Source: Armatimonadota bacterium | Lineage (GTDB): Bacteria > Armatimonadota > Fimbriimonadia > Fimbriimonadales > GBS-DC | Length of the DNA: 64,000 nt | Direction of reading: 5' to 3' | NCBI GenBank assembly: GCA_037445735.1 | Contig: JBBIJY010000005.1 | Location: forward strand, 32,001 to 96,000 | Shown here: piece by piece, positions 38,769 to 49,701 of the stretch | Layout: each line of letters begins with the position of its first letter | Numbering within the stretch: position 1 is the stretch's first letter | Translations under genes and position numbers: made by a program | The notes under the pieces: model-generated | Seen by the model: only the letters and a program-made list of their open reading frames with translations | What the model was told of the DNA's origin: nothing | Databases searched by the model: none

Positions 38769-40730
38769 ATGGAGCCGATGACAGTGACGGAGTGGCTGGT
38801 ATGCCGAGTGAAGCGAGCGATTCTGGACTGGTTTCGGTATCGCTGGTACGGAGCGCTGGAGGTTTATAGCCCGCTGGGTGAGTTGCGCTTGCCAATGACG
38901 GGCACGATTGCCCAGTGGTTTTCGAAGGATGAAACGGTGCTGGTGCAGCTAACGCCGCAGGCGAACCCGCAACAGTTAAGCTTTGACTCATATATGCTTC
39001 TGCGTCAGATTGGGGGCGAGAGGGTGCCTGTGTGGCCGCTGTTTCAGCAGTCCTACACTCTGGAGCGCACCTCGGCTTTGTCCACACAACCACTCTATCA
39101 CTATAGAGTGCTGGCGCGTGAAGCGTGTCTGGAAAGCGATTTTGAAATGATTGTTGAGCTGGAACAGTATCACTATGCGTCCCCGCAGGAGTTATTGGCA
39201 CGCTGGTGGTGTCCTGTAGATCGGGTGTGGCAGGGTGCGAATGTGCGTCCGCTGTGTCCACGCTGCGGTTCACCGATGCGGTTCGGCGATCTGACGGATG
39301 CCACGCGTGCTTCGCGCTTTTTAGTGCTGCAACTGCAGCATCGCCAGCCGTACGAGCCGACTTACATCGGCTATGTGCGTGTGGATCCGCCCATTCCGCT
39401 CATGCATCGGCTGTTGCCCGATGGTACAGTTCAGCCCCACATTCGGCAAGCCGTGTTTCCCGTCGACTGGTTCGAGCCATCGTTTTCAGTGGAGCGCCTC
39501 TTGCAAATGGGTGCAGGCGCACGGGCGCGCTCCCGCTTTGAGCAGTGGTGGCAGGCACAGGAGCAGGCTTTAGCTCTCTGCAATACCCGGGTGGCGCGAC
39601 TGGCACGGGTAGTGGTCCACCCTGATTATCGGGCTGATGGGCTGGGGCAGCTCGCACTACGAGCAATGACCGATTGGATTAGCGAGCGGCGCGTGCCCGA
39701 AATGCGGCGCTCCAAAGTGATGGTGGAGACCGTAGCTCAAATGACCCGGTATAACCCCTTTATGGAGCGAGCAGGCTTCCGCTATGCGTGGGAGACGGCA
39801 TCCGGGCGCCCTGTGCTATTCCTGCCGCTCACGCCTGAAGCCAGAGAGTATCTGGAACGCTTTCTGACAACCGATGCTGTTGCTCGCGTGCATCAAGGTC
39901 GGCTCTACCAACCCCGCTTGAAGCCTGTCAAGCCACTGGAAGCTCCTATCCAGCTGGAACGACTCGAATATCGCTATGAGAACCGGATCACACTCAAGCG
40001 GCTGGCGCCGGCTGTGCTGGCATTGCTGGAGGCATTCAATCTCCAGAGGCGTTCCATTCAGAAGATAGTGCTGAGGAATCTCTCGCTCCTGATCGAGCCA
40101 CGCCAGATTGTAGTCATCGTTGGCGCATCAGGTGTGGGCAAGACCACTCTGCTGCGTTTGATCTACGGTGCGGCAATGAGTCAACAAAAGCCGCTCCACC
40201 AGCTGCAGGCGGGCAGAATCGTGATGCCCGCCAATGTGCAGGTCGCTGCCTATTTGCCAGGCGAAGTGGAACCCCGGTTTGGACGGACAAATCTGCTTGA
40301 AGTGCTCTATCGCCTCACCAATGACGAGGTATTGGCAGTGGAGATTCTGAACACGACGGGTCTATCGGATGTCATGGTCTATCGTGCCCGCTTTCAGGAG
40401 CTGTCCACCGGTCAGAAGGAGCGGGCGCGGCTGGCTTATTTACTGGCACAGCGCCCGAACTTACTGCTTATCGATGAGCTGGGTGCACATCTGGACCCCA
40501 GCATGGCAGCGCGCGTGGCTCGCAGGTTGGCGCGCGTGTGCCGGGAGTTAGGCATCACCCTGCTTACCACCACCCACCGCTCAGAGGTCGTGGATGCCCT
40601 TGAACCCGATCAGAAGATTATTCTGGGCTATGGGACCTGTCGGGTAGTGCCTCGTTCAGCCGAACCCACACAACCGACCCGGGTGGGCGCCTCAGCGGAA
40701 TCGGCTCCTCAAACAGCTCGGGATCTGTAA
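38769..40730 (+). CDS. GNAT acetyltransferase-like domain fused to ABC-type ATPase (COG2401-like) with Zn-ribbon
   Basis: LEQYHY, CPVD...CPRC, ARVVVHPDYRADGLG (acetyl-CoA motif A), GASGVGKTT, LSTGQKER, LIDE. Confidence 0.8.
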   Translation: MEPMTVTEWLVCRVKRAILDWFRYRWYGALEVYSPLGELRLPMTGTIAQWFSKDETVLVQLTPQANPQQLSFDSYMLLRQIGGERVPVWPLFQQSYTLERTSALSTQPLYHYRVLAREACLESDFEMIVELEQYHYASPQELLARWWCPVDRVWQGANVRPLCPRCGSPMRFGDLTDATRASRFLVLQLQHRQPYEPTYIGYVRVDPPIPLMHRLLPDGTVQPHIRQAVFPVDWFEPSFSVERLLQMGAGARARSRFEQWWQAQEQALALCNTRVARLARVVVHPDYRADGLGQLALRAMTDWISERRVPEMRRSKVMVETVAQMTRYNPFMERAGFRYAWETASGRPVLFLPLTPEAREYLERFLTTDAVARVHQGRLYQPRLKPVKPLEAPIQLERLEYRYENRITLKRLAPAVLALLEAFNLQRRSIQKIVLRNLSLLIEPRQIVVIVGASGVGKTTLLRLIYGAAMSQQKPLHQLQAGRIVMPANVQVAAYLPGEVEPRFGRTNLLEVLYRLTNDEVLAVEILNTTGLSDVMVYRARFQELSTGQKERARLAYLLAQRPNLLLIDELGAHLDPSMAARVARRLARVCRELGITLLTTTHRSEVVDALEPDQKIILGYGTCRVVPRSAEPTQPTRVGASAESAPQTARDL

Positions 40731-41025
40731 ACACCCACACATAAAGCGGTCTACCCTGCGCATAGGCTTCCAGAAAGCGCGGGTCAGCTTGATGCAAAGC
40801 CTGAGCCGCGGGCTGCATCAATTCTGCCAGGGTCAGCGGTCCCAGTACCTTTTCAAGCGTCGCCGAGCCAATCCAGCCACGATGACTAACTATTCCGACG
40901 CGCCCACGCACACGCGTGGGGTATCGCCGCAGCTCCCAGCTTTTGCGCCCCGACGCCAGATAGGTGGCATACGGTTCGCGCACGATCAACCCGTGCTTCG
41001 GCAGCAGGAGAACCCGGTCGCTCAT
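40618..41025 (-). CDS. ASCH/PUA-like domain protein
   Basis: LIVREPYA...GRKSWELR (GxKxxExR); TATGAT 7 nt upstream of ATG. Confidence 0.82.
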   Translation of the reverse strand: MSDRVLLLPKHGLIVREPYATYLASGRKSWELRRYPTRVRGRVGIVSHRGWIGSATLEKVLGPLTLAELMQPAAQALHQADPRFLEAYAQGRPLYVWVFTDPELFEEPIPLRRPPGSVVWVRLNEALPDRSHSPE

Positions 41026-41073
41026 CCTTCCAATCATACCCGCTCTCAAACCGGCATAACGGGTAGACTCATG

Positions 41074-42081
41074 ATGGCGATGCAGAGCGAGCTGTACGAC
41101 ATCACCTTCATCGGTGGGGGACCTGTCGGGCTGTTCGGCGCGTTCTATGCGGGACTGCGGGGCATGCGCACCAAAATCATCGACAGCCTGCCCCAGCTGG
41201 GGGGTCAACTGGTCGCGCTCTACCCCGAAAAGTATATCTACGACATGCCCGGCTTCCCCGAAGTGCTGGCGAAGGACCTGGCGGAGCAGCTGATTCGGCA
41301 GGCGATGCGCTTCCAGCCGACGGTGTGCCTGGAGGAGCGCGCCGAAACGCTGATTCGCGAGGGCGATTACTGGGTCATTCTCACCAGCAAGGGCGTTCGG
41401 CACGCGACGCGCACGGTGGTCATCTGCGCGGGCGCGGGCGCGTTTACACCGCGCCGCCTGAACGCCGAGGGCATCGCCGAGTTCGAAGGACGGGGCGTCT
41501 ACTACGGCGTGCGCGAGAAGGCGCTCTTCGCCGATAAACGCCTGCTGATTGTCGGCGGGGGCGACTCCGCTGTCGACTGGGCGCTCAACCTCTACCCGAT
41601 TGCCCGCGAAACGACGCTCATCCATCGCCGCCACGAGTTCCGTGCGCACGAGCAGAGCGTGCGCCTGCTGCGCCAATCGCCCGTGCGCGTCCTCACACCC
41701 TACGAACTGCGCCGCGTCAAAGGCGACGGCAGCGTGCAGTCCGCCGTCATCTTCCATAATCAAACGCACACCGAGCTGGAGCTGCCCGTCGACGCCGTGA
41801 TTCTCAATCTCGGCTTCGTCGCCAGCCTCGGTCCCATCAAGCAGTGGGGGCTGGAACTCGAAGGCAACGCCATCAAGGTCGACCGCTTCATGCAGACGAA
41901 CCTGCCCGGCGTGTATGCTGCAGGCGACGGCTGCACCTACGAGGGCAAGCTCAAACTGCTGGCGACGGGCGTCGGCGAGGTCTGCATCGCTGTCAACCAC
42001 GCCAAGCATCGGCTCGACCCCAGCGCGAAGATGTTCCCCGGACACAGCAGCGATATGACGCTCCCACCGCTCACAGGCTGA
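41074..42081 (+). CDS. Ferredoxin--NADP reductase type 2 (YumC/TrxB-like)
   Basis: GGGPVG, LYPEKYIYDMPGFP, GGGDSAVDW, HRR, GKLKL, PGHSS; no CxxC. Confidence 0.88.
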   Translation: MAMQSELYDITFIGGGPVGLFGAFYAGLRGMRTKIIDSLPQLGGQLVALYPEKYIYDMPGFPEVLAKDLAEQLIRQAMRFQPTVCLEERAETLIREGDYWVILTSKGVRHATRTVVICAGAGAFTPRRLNAEGIAEFEGRGVYYGVREKALFADKRLLIVGGGDSAVDWALNLYPIARETTLIHRRHEFRAHEQSVRLLRQSPVRVLTPYELRRVKGDGSVQSAVIFHNQTHTELELPVDAVILNLGFVASLGPIKQWGLELEGNAIKVDRFMQTNLPGVYAAGDGCTYEGKLKLLATGVGEVCIAVNHAKHRLDPSAKMFPGHSSDMTLPPLTG

Positions 42082-42112
42082 TAACACTGCTTCAGGTATA
42101 CTGCTATTGACC

Positions 42113-44206
42113 ATGAGTGTGGCGACCCGCTATACGCTGGAGACCGAGGTCAAGTATGTGAAAGGTGTGGGCGAGAAAATCGCGCAACTGCTGGCGAAGC
42201 TCAACATCCACACGCTGAACGACCTGCTCTATCACCTGCCGCGCCGCTATGAAGACCGCACCCAGTTCCGCAAAATCCGCCACGCGCGCCCCGGCGAAGC
42301 CGCCACCTTCGCTGGCAAGCTCATCACCGTCGACAACATCAAGGTGCGCAACAACATGACCCTCACCAAAGCCTTCATCGACGACGGCACAGGCGCCATC
42401 GAACTGGTCTGGTACAACCAGCCCTACATGAAGGACACCCTGCTGCGCGTGCGCGACCGCCGTCTCGTGGTCTACGGCGTGGTCAAGGAGAGCGGCTGGG
42501 GACTGCAAATCGAAACGCCCGAATGGGAAGATATCGGCGACGACACCGACATGAGCGAGCTGCTGCACGCAAATCGCGTGGTGCCCATCTACCCGCTGAC
42601 GGAGGGGCTGGGACAGAAACGGATGCGCCAGATTCTCTATAACGCGCTCCAGCATGCGCACCTTGTGCCCGAACTGCTGCCCGCCGACCTGCGCACGCGC
42701 CTGCAGCTGATGCCCGTTCAGGAAGCCATTCAACAGGTTCACTTCCCCGACAGCATGGAGCGTATCGAACCCGCGCGGCAACGGCTGGTGTTCGAAGAGT
42801 TCTTTTTATTGCAGTTAGGCATCGGGCTTCAGCGTCAGCAGCTGATGCAGGAGCGCGGGATTGCGATGCGCATCGACGCCGAACGGCTGATGGCGCGGTT
42901 GCATCAGCTGGCGCCGTTCGAACTCACGAACGCGCAGGTGCGCGTGATTCGCGAAATCTGGGACGATATGGCGCGTCCGCACCCGATGAACCGCCTCCTG
43001 CAGGGCGATGTGGGGTCGGGCAAGACGATAGTCGCCGCCGCCGCGATTATGGCAGCGGTGGACAATCAGTATCAGGCGGCGATTATGGCGCCCACCGAGA
43101 TACTGGCGGAACAGCATTATATTGTGTTGCATCGGCTGTTCCAGCCGCTGGGCATCACGGTGGAGCTGCTGGTGGGTCGGCTGACCCCGCGCCAGCGGGC
43201 GCAGGCGCGCGAGCGCATCGCCACCGGGCGCGGCATGGTCGCCGTCGGCACCCACGCACTCATTCAGGAAGGGGTTGAGTTCGCCCGACTGGGGCTGGCA
43301 ATCATCGACGAACAGCACCGTTTCGGCGTGCTGCAGCGAGCCGCCCTGCGCGATAAGGGTGTCATGCCCCATGTGCTGGTGATGACCGCCACACCCATCC
43401 CCCGCACGCTCACGCTCACCCTCTACGGCGAACTCGATGTGTCCATCCTGGATGAGATGCCACCCGGACGCAAGCCCGTCAAAACGCACTGGAAACTGCC
43501 CGAAGAGCGATTGAAGGTGTACGCAGGCGTACGCCAGCTGGTGGAGCAGGGGCGCCAGGCGTATGTCATCTGCCCGCTGATCGACGAATCGGACAAGCTG
43601 CAGGTGCGCGCCGCCGAAGAGATGGCGGAACATCTGCGCAAGGATGTGTTTCCCGACCTGCGCGTGGGACTTCTGCACGGGCGCATGCGCCCCGCCGAAA
43701 AGGAGGAAGTCATGGAAGCCTTCCGCGCGGGCGAGCTGGATATTCTGGTCTCCACCACCGTGATTGAAGTGGGCGTCGATGTGCCGAACGCTGCCGTGAT
43801 TGTGATTGAGGACGCCGACCGATTCGGGCTGGCGCAGCTGCACCAGTTGCGCGGGCGCGTCGGGCGCAGCATCCATCAATCCTACTGCGTGCTGATTGGC
43901 AACCCGAAAGGCGAGGAGGGGCGACGCCGACTGGAGATTCTGACCCGCACCAATAACGGTTTCATCATTGCGGAGGAGGATTTGCGCCTGCGCGGTCCGG
44001 GCGAGATTTACGGCACGCGCCAGAGCGGAATGCCCTCGTTCCGTGTGGCGGATCTGGTCAAGGATATGCGGCTGCTGGAAGTGGCGCGTCAGGAGGCGTT
44101 CCGTCTGCTGGAGCGCGACCCCGACCTCAGCCGCCCGGAGCATCAGCCCCTTCGCGAAGCCGTCGAACGCTCTCGCCACCGCTTCGCGATAGCAACGGTG
44201 AGTTAG
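42113..44206 (+). CDS. recG: ATP-dependent DNA helicase RecG
   Basis: QGDVGSGKT, DEQHRFGV, MTATPIPR, QLHQLRGRVGR. Confidence 0.97.
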   Translation: MSVATRYTLETEVKYVKGVGEKIAQLLAKLNIHTLNDLLYHLPRRYEDRTQFRKIRHARPGEAATFAGKLITVDNIKVRNNMTLTKAFIDDGTGAIELVWYNQPYMKDTLLRVRDRRLVVYGVVKESGWGLQIETPEWEDIGDDTDMSELLHANRVVPIYPLTEGLGQKRMRQILYNALQHAHLVPELLPADLRTRLQLMPVQEAIQQVHFPDSMERIEPARQRLVFEEFFLLQLGIGLQRQQLMQERGIAMRIDAERLMARLHQLAPFELTNAQVRVIREIWDDMARPHPMNRLLQGDVGSGKTIVAAAAIMAAVDNQYQAAIMAPTEILAEQHYIVLHRLFQPLGITVELLVGRLTPRQRAQARERIATGRGMVAVGTHALIQEGVEFARLGLAIIDEQHRFGVLQRAALRDKGVMPHVLVMTATPIPRTLTLTLYGELDVSILDEMPPGRKPVKTHWKLPEERLKVYAGVRQLVEQGRQAYVICPLIDESDKLQVRAAEEMAEHLRKDVFPDLRVGLLHGRMRPAEKEEVMEAFRAGELDILVSTTVIEVGVDVPNAAVIVIEDADRFGLAQLHQLRGRVGRSIHQSYCVLIGNPKGEEGRRRLEILTRTNNGFIIAEEDLRLRGPGEIYGTRQSGMPSFRVADLVKDMRLLEVARQEAFRLLERDPDLSRPEHQPLREAVERSRHRFAIATVS

Positions 44207-44222
44207 AGATCCCGCTCCCAAC

Positions 44223-44259
44223 TCCCTCCCACGCTGCGGGAGCGAGTACGGGTGAGGGG
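44223..44259. repeat. REP-like palindrome copy
   Basis: tccctcccacgctgcgggagcgagtacgggtgagggg. Confidence 0.65.
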
Positions 44260-44349
44260 CTGCCACAGGCGGACGCTATGCCCTGAATTTTCGAACACCG
44301 TCAGGGATCGGCTTTTAAAGGGCGGCACGCAGGGTATAATTAAGGCGGT

Positions 44350-44426
44350 CGGGGCGTAGCTCAGCATGGTAGAGCGCTCCTTTCGGGTGGGAGAGGTCGG
44401 CAGTTCGAATCTGCCCGCCCCGACCA
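44350..44426 (+). tRNA. tRNA-Pro(CGG)
   Basis: CGGGGCGTAGCTCAGCATGGTAGAGCGCTCCT-TTCGGGT-GGGAG...GTTCGAATC...CCCGACCA; TATAAT upstream. Confidence 0.97.
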
Positions 44427-44430
44427 TGCC

Positions 44431-45441
44431 TCAGGGCACAATCGCCACCTTCAGCCCGATGCCCCGATCCAGCGCTTCAAACACCTGCGGCAGCTCCTTT
44501 AGCGGGCGCGTGTCGGTGATCAGCCGTTCGACGGGCAGCGACGGGTCATGGAGTATCTGGAGCGCGTCCTGCGCGTCCTGCGTGGTGTAGTGGAAACTGC
44601 CCAAGAGAGCGATTTCGTCGTAGTGCAGGCGTTCGGCGTCGAAGCAGACCGGCTCGCCCTTCGCCAGCCCGCTGTAGAGCAGCACCTTGCCCCCAGGCGC
44701 ACAGAGCTGGGGCGCCAGCTCCCAGATGGCGCGGGCGCCCGTGGCTTCGATCACCACATCCGCGCCGCCGTCGGTCGCTGCCTGCACGCGCACGGGCAGT
44801 TCCGCAGGGTCCGCCACCAGCGTTTCCGCGCCCAGCTCCTGTGCCAGCTGCAGGCGTTCAGCGCGCCTGCCAATCATCAGCGCCTCGCAGCCGCGTGCGC
44901 GGGCAACCATCAGGTGCAGGTAGCCCATCGCGCCCGTGCCGAGAATGCACACGCGCCTGCCCGGCAACGGCTCCAGCACGCGCCATGCGTGCAGCACGCA
45001 CGCCAGCGGCTCGGTGAACGCCCCACGCCGATAGTCCAGCCCCTCGAGCGGAAACAGATGCACCTGTGCCACCCGCGCGTTAATCAGCAGATACTCCGCA
45101 TAGGTTCCCAGCACCACTGCGTCGAACAGCTGTCGGCACAGGTTGGGTCGCCCACGCTGGCAGGGGGAACACTCGCCGCATGGCGCCGTGGGCAGCCAGG
45201 TGACGGGCTGACCCACGCTCAGGTGCGACACGCCCGCGCCGAGCGCCGCCACATCGCCCGCGCCCTCGTGCCCGAACGCGCCAAACGGCAATCGCGCGTG
45301 CCCGCGCCGATAGGTCTTCAAATCGGTGCCGCAGGTGAGCGCGACGCGCACTCTGACCAGCACCTCGCCTTCACGCGGCTGCGGAATCGGCACCTCGCGC
45401 AGCACCAGCTCGCGGGGGGCAAGCAGTTGCGCCTGCAGCAT
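44431..45441 (-). CDS. Zinc-dependent (MDR) dehydrogenase, sorbitol/threonine dehydrogenase-like
   Basis: CGTD, GHE, CGECSPC...C, EPLAC, GTGAMG. Confidence 0.9.
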   Translation of the reverse strand: MLQAQLLAPRELVLREVPIPQPREGEVLVRVRVALTCGTDLKTYRRGHARLPFGAFGHEGAGDVAALGAGVSHLSVGQPVTWLPTAPCGECSPCQRGRPNLCRQLFDAVVLGTYAEYLLINARVAQVHLFPLEGLDYRRGAFTEPLACVLHAWRVLEPLPGRRVCILGTGAMGYLHLMVARARGCEALMIGRRAERLQLAQELGAETLVADPAELPVRVQAATDGGADVVIEATGARAIWELAPQLCAPGGKVLLYSGLAKGEPVCFDAERLHYDEIALLGSFHYTTQDAQDALQILHDPSLPVERLITDTRPLKELPQVFEALDRGIGLKVAIVP

Positions 45442-45495
45442 GGCATGGAGTGTACCCGCTTGTGAAATCGGGTACAATCGATATGGTGGTGAACC

Positions 45496-46107
45496 GTGAG
45501 CAAGCGTATTGAAGAGGTGGCACTGCACGATTCGGCGACGCCGAGCCTGCCGGGGCTGGCGATGGGGGGCGGCGTGCTGCTGGCACGGCTGGACGATCTG
45601 GTCAACTGGGCGCGGCGCAACAGCCTCTTCCCGCTCACCTTCGGGCTGGCGTGCTGCGCGATCGAGATGATGTCCGCTGCCGCCTCGCGCTTCGATATCG
45701 CCCGCTTCGGCTCGGAAGTGTTCCGCGCCTCGCCGCGCCAGGCGGATGTGATGATTGTGGCGGGGCGCGTCAGCAAGAAGATGGCGCCCGTGCTGCGCCA
45801 GATCTATGACCAGATGCCCGCACCCAAATGGGTCATCTCGATGGGCGCATGCGCCTCCTGCGGCGGCATCTTCAACAACTACGCGATTGTGCAGGGCGTG
45901 GACCAGATTGTGCCTGTGGATGTGTATGTGCCCGGTTGCCCGCCCTCGCCCGACGCCCTGCTCTACGCCCTCATCAAACTCCAGCAGAAGATTCGGGCGC
46001 AACGGCTGGGCATGCTGCTCGAACTCAAACCGAAGGAGCAACCTGCCATTACCGCAGGCGACCACACGCGGGCTTTGGGGCCCGCATCCAGTAATGAGAC
46101 GCAGTGA
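45496..46107 (+). CDS. nuoB: NADH-quinone oxidoreductase subunit B
   Basis: [31 protein letters not shown]. Confidence 0.95.
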   Translation: MSKRIEEVALHDSATPSLPGLAMGGGVLLARLDDLVNWARRNSLFPLTFGLACCAIEMMSAAASRFDIARFGSEVFRASPRQADVMIVAGRVSKKMAPVLRQIYDQMPAPKWVISMGACASCGGIFNNYAIVQGVDQIVPVDVYVPGCPPSPDALLYALIKLQQKIRAQRLGMLLELKPKEQPAITAGDHTRALGPASSNETQ

Positions 46108-46492
46108 GGATTGGCTCGAACAGGCACAACGCGACCTGCAGGGCGCGGAATGGGCAAAGCAGGGCGCCTTCTATGAATGGGCATGCTTTATGTGTCAGCA
46201 GGCTGCCGAGAAGGCGCTGAAAGCTGTGCTGGAGTCGATGGGTGCGGAAGCTTGGGGTCATTCAGTGGAAGCGTTGCTCAAGCCACTGGCGACGAACCTG
46301 CCAGTGAGTGAATATCGCGCCCTGCGCCGCTGTGCGCGACGACTGGATCAGTTTTATGTGCCAGCCCGTTATCCGAACGGCTGGCAGGAGGGCAGTCCCT
46401 ATGAACACTACACTCAGGAAGACGCTGAAGAAGCGCTCGATTGTGCGCGAAGAATCGTACGGCTCTGTGAGAATCTTCTGGCTGAACCGTGA
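46094..46492 (+). CDS. HEPN domain protein
   Basis: [36 protein letters not shown]. Confidence 0.9.
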   Translation: MRRSEDWLEQAQRDLQGAEWAKQGAFYEWACFMCQQAAEKALKAVLESMGAEAWGHSVEALLKPLATNLPVSEYRALRRCARRLDQFYVPARYPNGWQEGSPYEHYTQEDAEEALDCARRIVRLCENLLAEP

Positions 46493-46823
46493 AGCCGCTT
46501 TACAGCAGGTTCGCGAGGCGGCGGCGCGGCTGGTGCAGACGCGCCCCGAAGTGGTGGCGGTCTACCTGTTCGGCTCGCTGGCGCGGAATCAGGCGACTCC
46601 GCGTAGCGACGCCGACTTACTGATTGTATTACGCCTTAGCTCTCACCCACGCTGGTTTGACAGGGCGATGGAGTACGCCGATTACTTTGAAGAAGTGGAG
46701 CTGCCCTGCGAGCTGTTCTGCTACACGCTGGATGAACTGCCCAGGGTCCCCCTGGCGCGTCACGCCCTGCGTGAGGCGATTCTCATGGCAGGCACGCCCA
46801 TAGCAGTGGAGGTGTCCCGATGA
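46443..46823 (+). CDS. Minimal nucleotidyltransferase (MNT)
   Basis: YLFGSLAR...SDADLL. Confidence 0.88.
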   Translation: MREESYGSVRIFWLNREAALQQVREAAARLVQTRPEVVAVYLFGSLARNQATPRSDADLLIVLRLSSHPRWFDRAMEYADYFEEVELPCELFCYTLDELPRVPLARHALREAILMAGTPIAVEVSR

Positions 46824-47290
46824 TAGGCGAAGTGGTTCGCGATGTGCTCAAGCCCATCGGCAAAGGGCTGAAAATCACCCTGCGCCACTTTCTCGGTCCG
46901 AAGCAGACGGTGTTCTATCCCGAAGAGCGCAAGGAGCAGTTCCGTCGCACGCGCTGGCGCCATGTGCTGCTGCGCTACGAGAACGGGCTGGAACGGTGCA
47001 TCGGCTGCTCGCTGTGCGCAGGTGCGTGCCCCGTGCGCTGTATCTATGTGGAAGCCGCCGAGAACACCGACGAGGAACGCTATTCGCCTGGCGAACGCTA
47101 CGCCAAACGCTATGAGATCAACCTCCTGCGCTGTATCTACTGCGGCTACTGCCAGGAGGCGTGCCCCACGGGCGCGATTGTGCTGCGCGAAGATTACGAG
47201 CTGGCAGACTACACGCGCGAGTCGTTCATCGCGACCAAAGAGATGCTGCTCGAACCCATGCCTGTCCGTGACCCCGTGCGCTCGCCTTAG
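46820..47290 (+). CDS. nuoI: NADH-quinone oxidoreductase subunit I
   Basis: CIGCSLCAGACP and CIYCGYCQEACP; YPEE. Confidence 0.93.
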   Translation: MIGEVVRDVLKPIGKGLKITLRHFLGPKQTVFYPEERKEQFRRTRWRHVLLRYENGLERCIGCSLCAGACPVRCIYVEAAENTDEERYSPGERYAKRYEINLLRCIYCGYCQEACPTGAIVLREDYELADYTRESFIATKEMLLEPMPVRDPVRSP

Positions 47291-47302
47291 GATATACTCG
47301 GG

Positions 47303-47653
47303 GTGGCAAGAGTCATGAAGCCCGACAATTGGTTGCCCGATTTTTTGCGTCCGCTGTTCTGGGAGGTGGAGTTCCGACGCCTGTCGCCTGAGCGGGATCG
47401 GGACTACCTCTGTGTGCGGATTATGGAGCATGGCGACCTGCCCGCGATTCGCTGGCTGATAGCCACCTACGGCAAGCCTGCCCTGCGCGCGTGGTTGATT
47501 CAGCGTGAGGGGCGTGGGCTGAGCGCCCGCGCGTTGCGCTTCTGGGAAGCCCTGCTGGACCTGCCCCACCGCCAGGTTTCACGCTGGATTCGCGCGCGCC
47601 CGACCGACCTATGGGAACGCCGCACGCACCGAGCCTCCACGAAACGGCGCTGA
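47303..47653 (+). CDS. DUF6922-like putative antitoxin
   Basis: PLFWEV...RIMEHGD...WL...YG...FW; upstream of the AbiEii-like gene. Confidence 0.7.
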   Translation: MARVMKPDNWLPDFLRPLFWEVEFRRLSPERDRDYLCVRIMEHGDLPAIRWLIATYGKPALRAWLIQREGRGLSARALRFWEALLDLPHRQVSRWIRARPTDLWERRTHRASTKRR

Positions 47654-48255
47654 ACGCGCGGGTGCGCTCTGCCCTGCGCGCCGTCGCGCCTTTCACGCGC
47701 CAGCATGGTTTCTACCTGGCGGGCGGCACAGCGGTCGCCCTCTACCTGGGGCATCGCCGCTCGGTTGATCTGGGCTGGTTCCGTGCCGAACCCCTGCCTG
47801 ACCCCCTGCGACTGGCAGAGGCGTTCAAAGAGCACCTCGCATCGGCGGAAGCTATCCAGATTGCGGAAGGTACGCTCGCGCTGCGTGTGGCGGGTGTTCG
47901 CGTGAGCTTCTTCGAGTATCGCTACCCCCTGTTGCGCCCACCGCTCCACTGGGTAGATTACGGATGCTCGCTGGCTTCGCTGGAAGACCTCGCCTGCATG
48001 AAACTGCTGGCGATTGCCCAGCGCGGCACAAAGCGCGACTTTATAGACCTCTACGCGCTGATGTCGGTTATCCCTCTCTCGGAAGCACTGGCACTGTATC
48101 AACAAAAGTACGGGGTATCCGACACGACGCACATGCTGCGTGCGCTGACCTACTTCGACGATGCGGACGCCGAGCGCATGCCCGCTATGCGCCAGCGCAT
48201 CCACTGGCGCGAGGTCAAGCGCACGCTGCGAGCGGCTGTCAAACAGCTTGCCTGA
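47611..48255 (+). CDS. AbiEii/AbiGii-family nucleotidyltransferase (type IV TA toxin-like)
   Basis: YLAGGTAVALYLGHRRSVDL, MKLLAIAQRGTKRDFIDLY, LTYFDDAD. Confidence 0.85.
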   Translation: MGTPHAPSLHETALNARVRSALRAVAPFTRQHGFYLAGGTAVALYLGHRRSVDLGWFRAEPLPDPLRLAEAFKEHLASAEAIQIAEGTLALRVAGVRVSFFEYRYPLLRPPLHWVDYGCSLASLEDLACMKLLAIAQRGTKRDFIDLYALMSVIPLSEALALYQQKYGVSDTTHMLRALTYFDDADAERMPAMRQRIHWREVKRTLRAAVKQLA

Positions 48256-48275
48256 GGCGCGGAACGGCTGGCTTT

Positions 48276-49550
<1,275 letters not shown>

Positions 49551-49581
49551 GGTTCTGACCTCCTCTTTTGTCGGGTCTGCG

Positions 49582-49685
49582 CCCTCTCCCCCGCAGGCGG
49601 GGGAGAGAGTACGGGTAAGGGGGCAGACTTTCTCGCGCTGACAGGCAAACCCCTCACCCTGACCCTCTCCCCAGAGGGGAGAGGG
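49582..49685. repeat. Two REP-like palindromes between aceB and aceA
   Basis: ccctctccccc-gcaggc-gggggagagagtacgggtaagggg and cccctcaccctgaccctctccccagaggggagaggg. Confidence 0.8.
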
Positions 49686-49701
49686 CTGAATGAACTGCCT
49701 C

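Noticed and set aside
42815-44266. Long antisense ORFs (e.g. opposite recG, aceB, fadN, DUF1501)
   Set aside because: Expected artefacts of high-GC codon bias opposite well-supported genes
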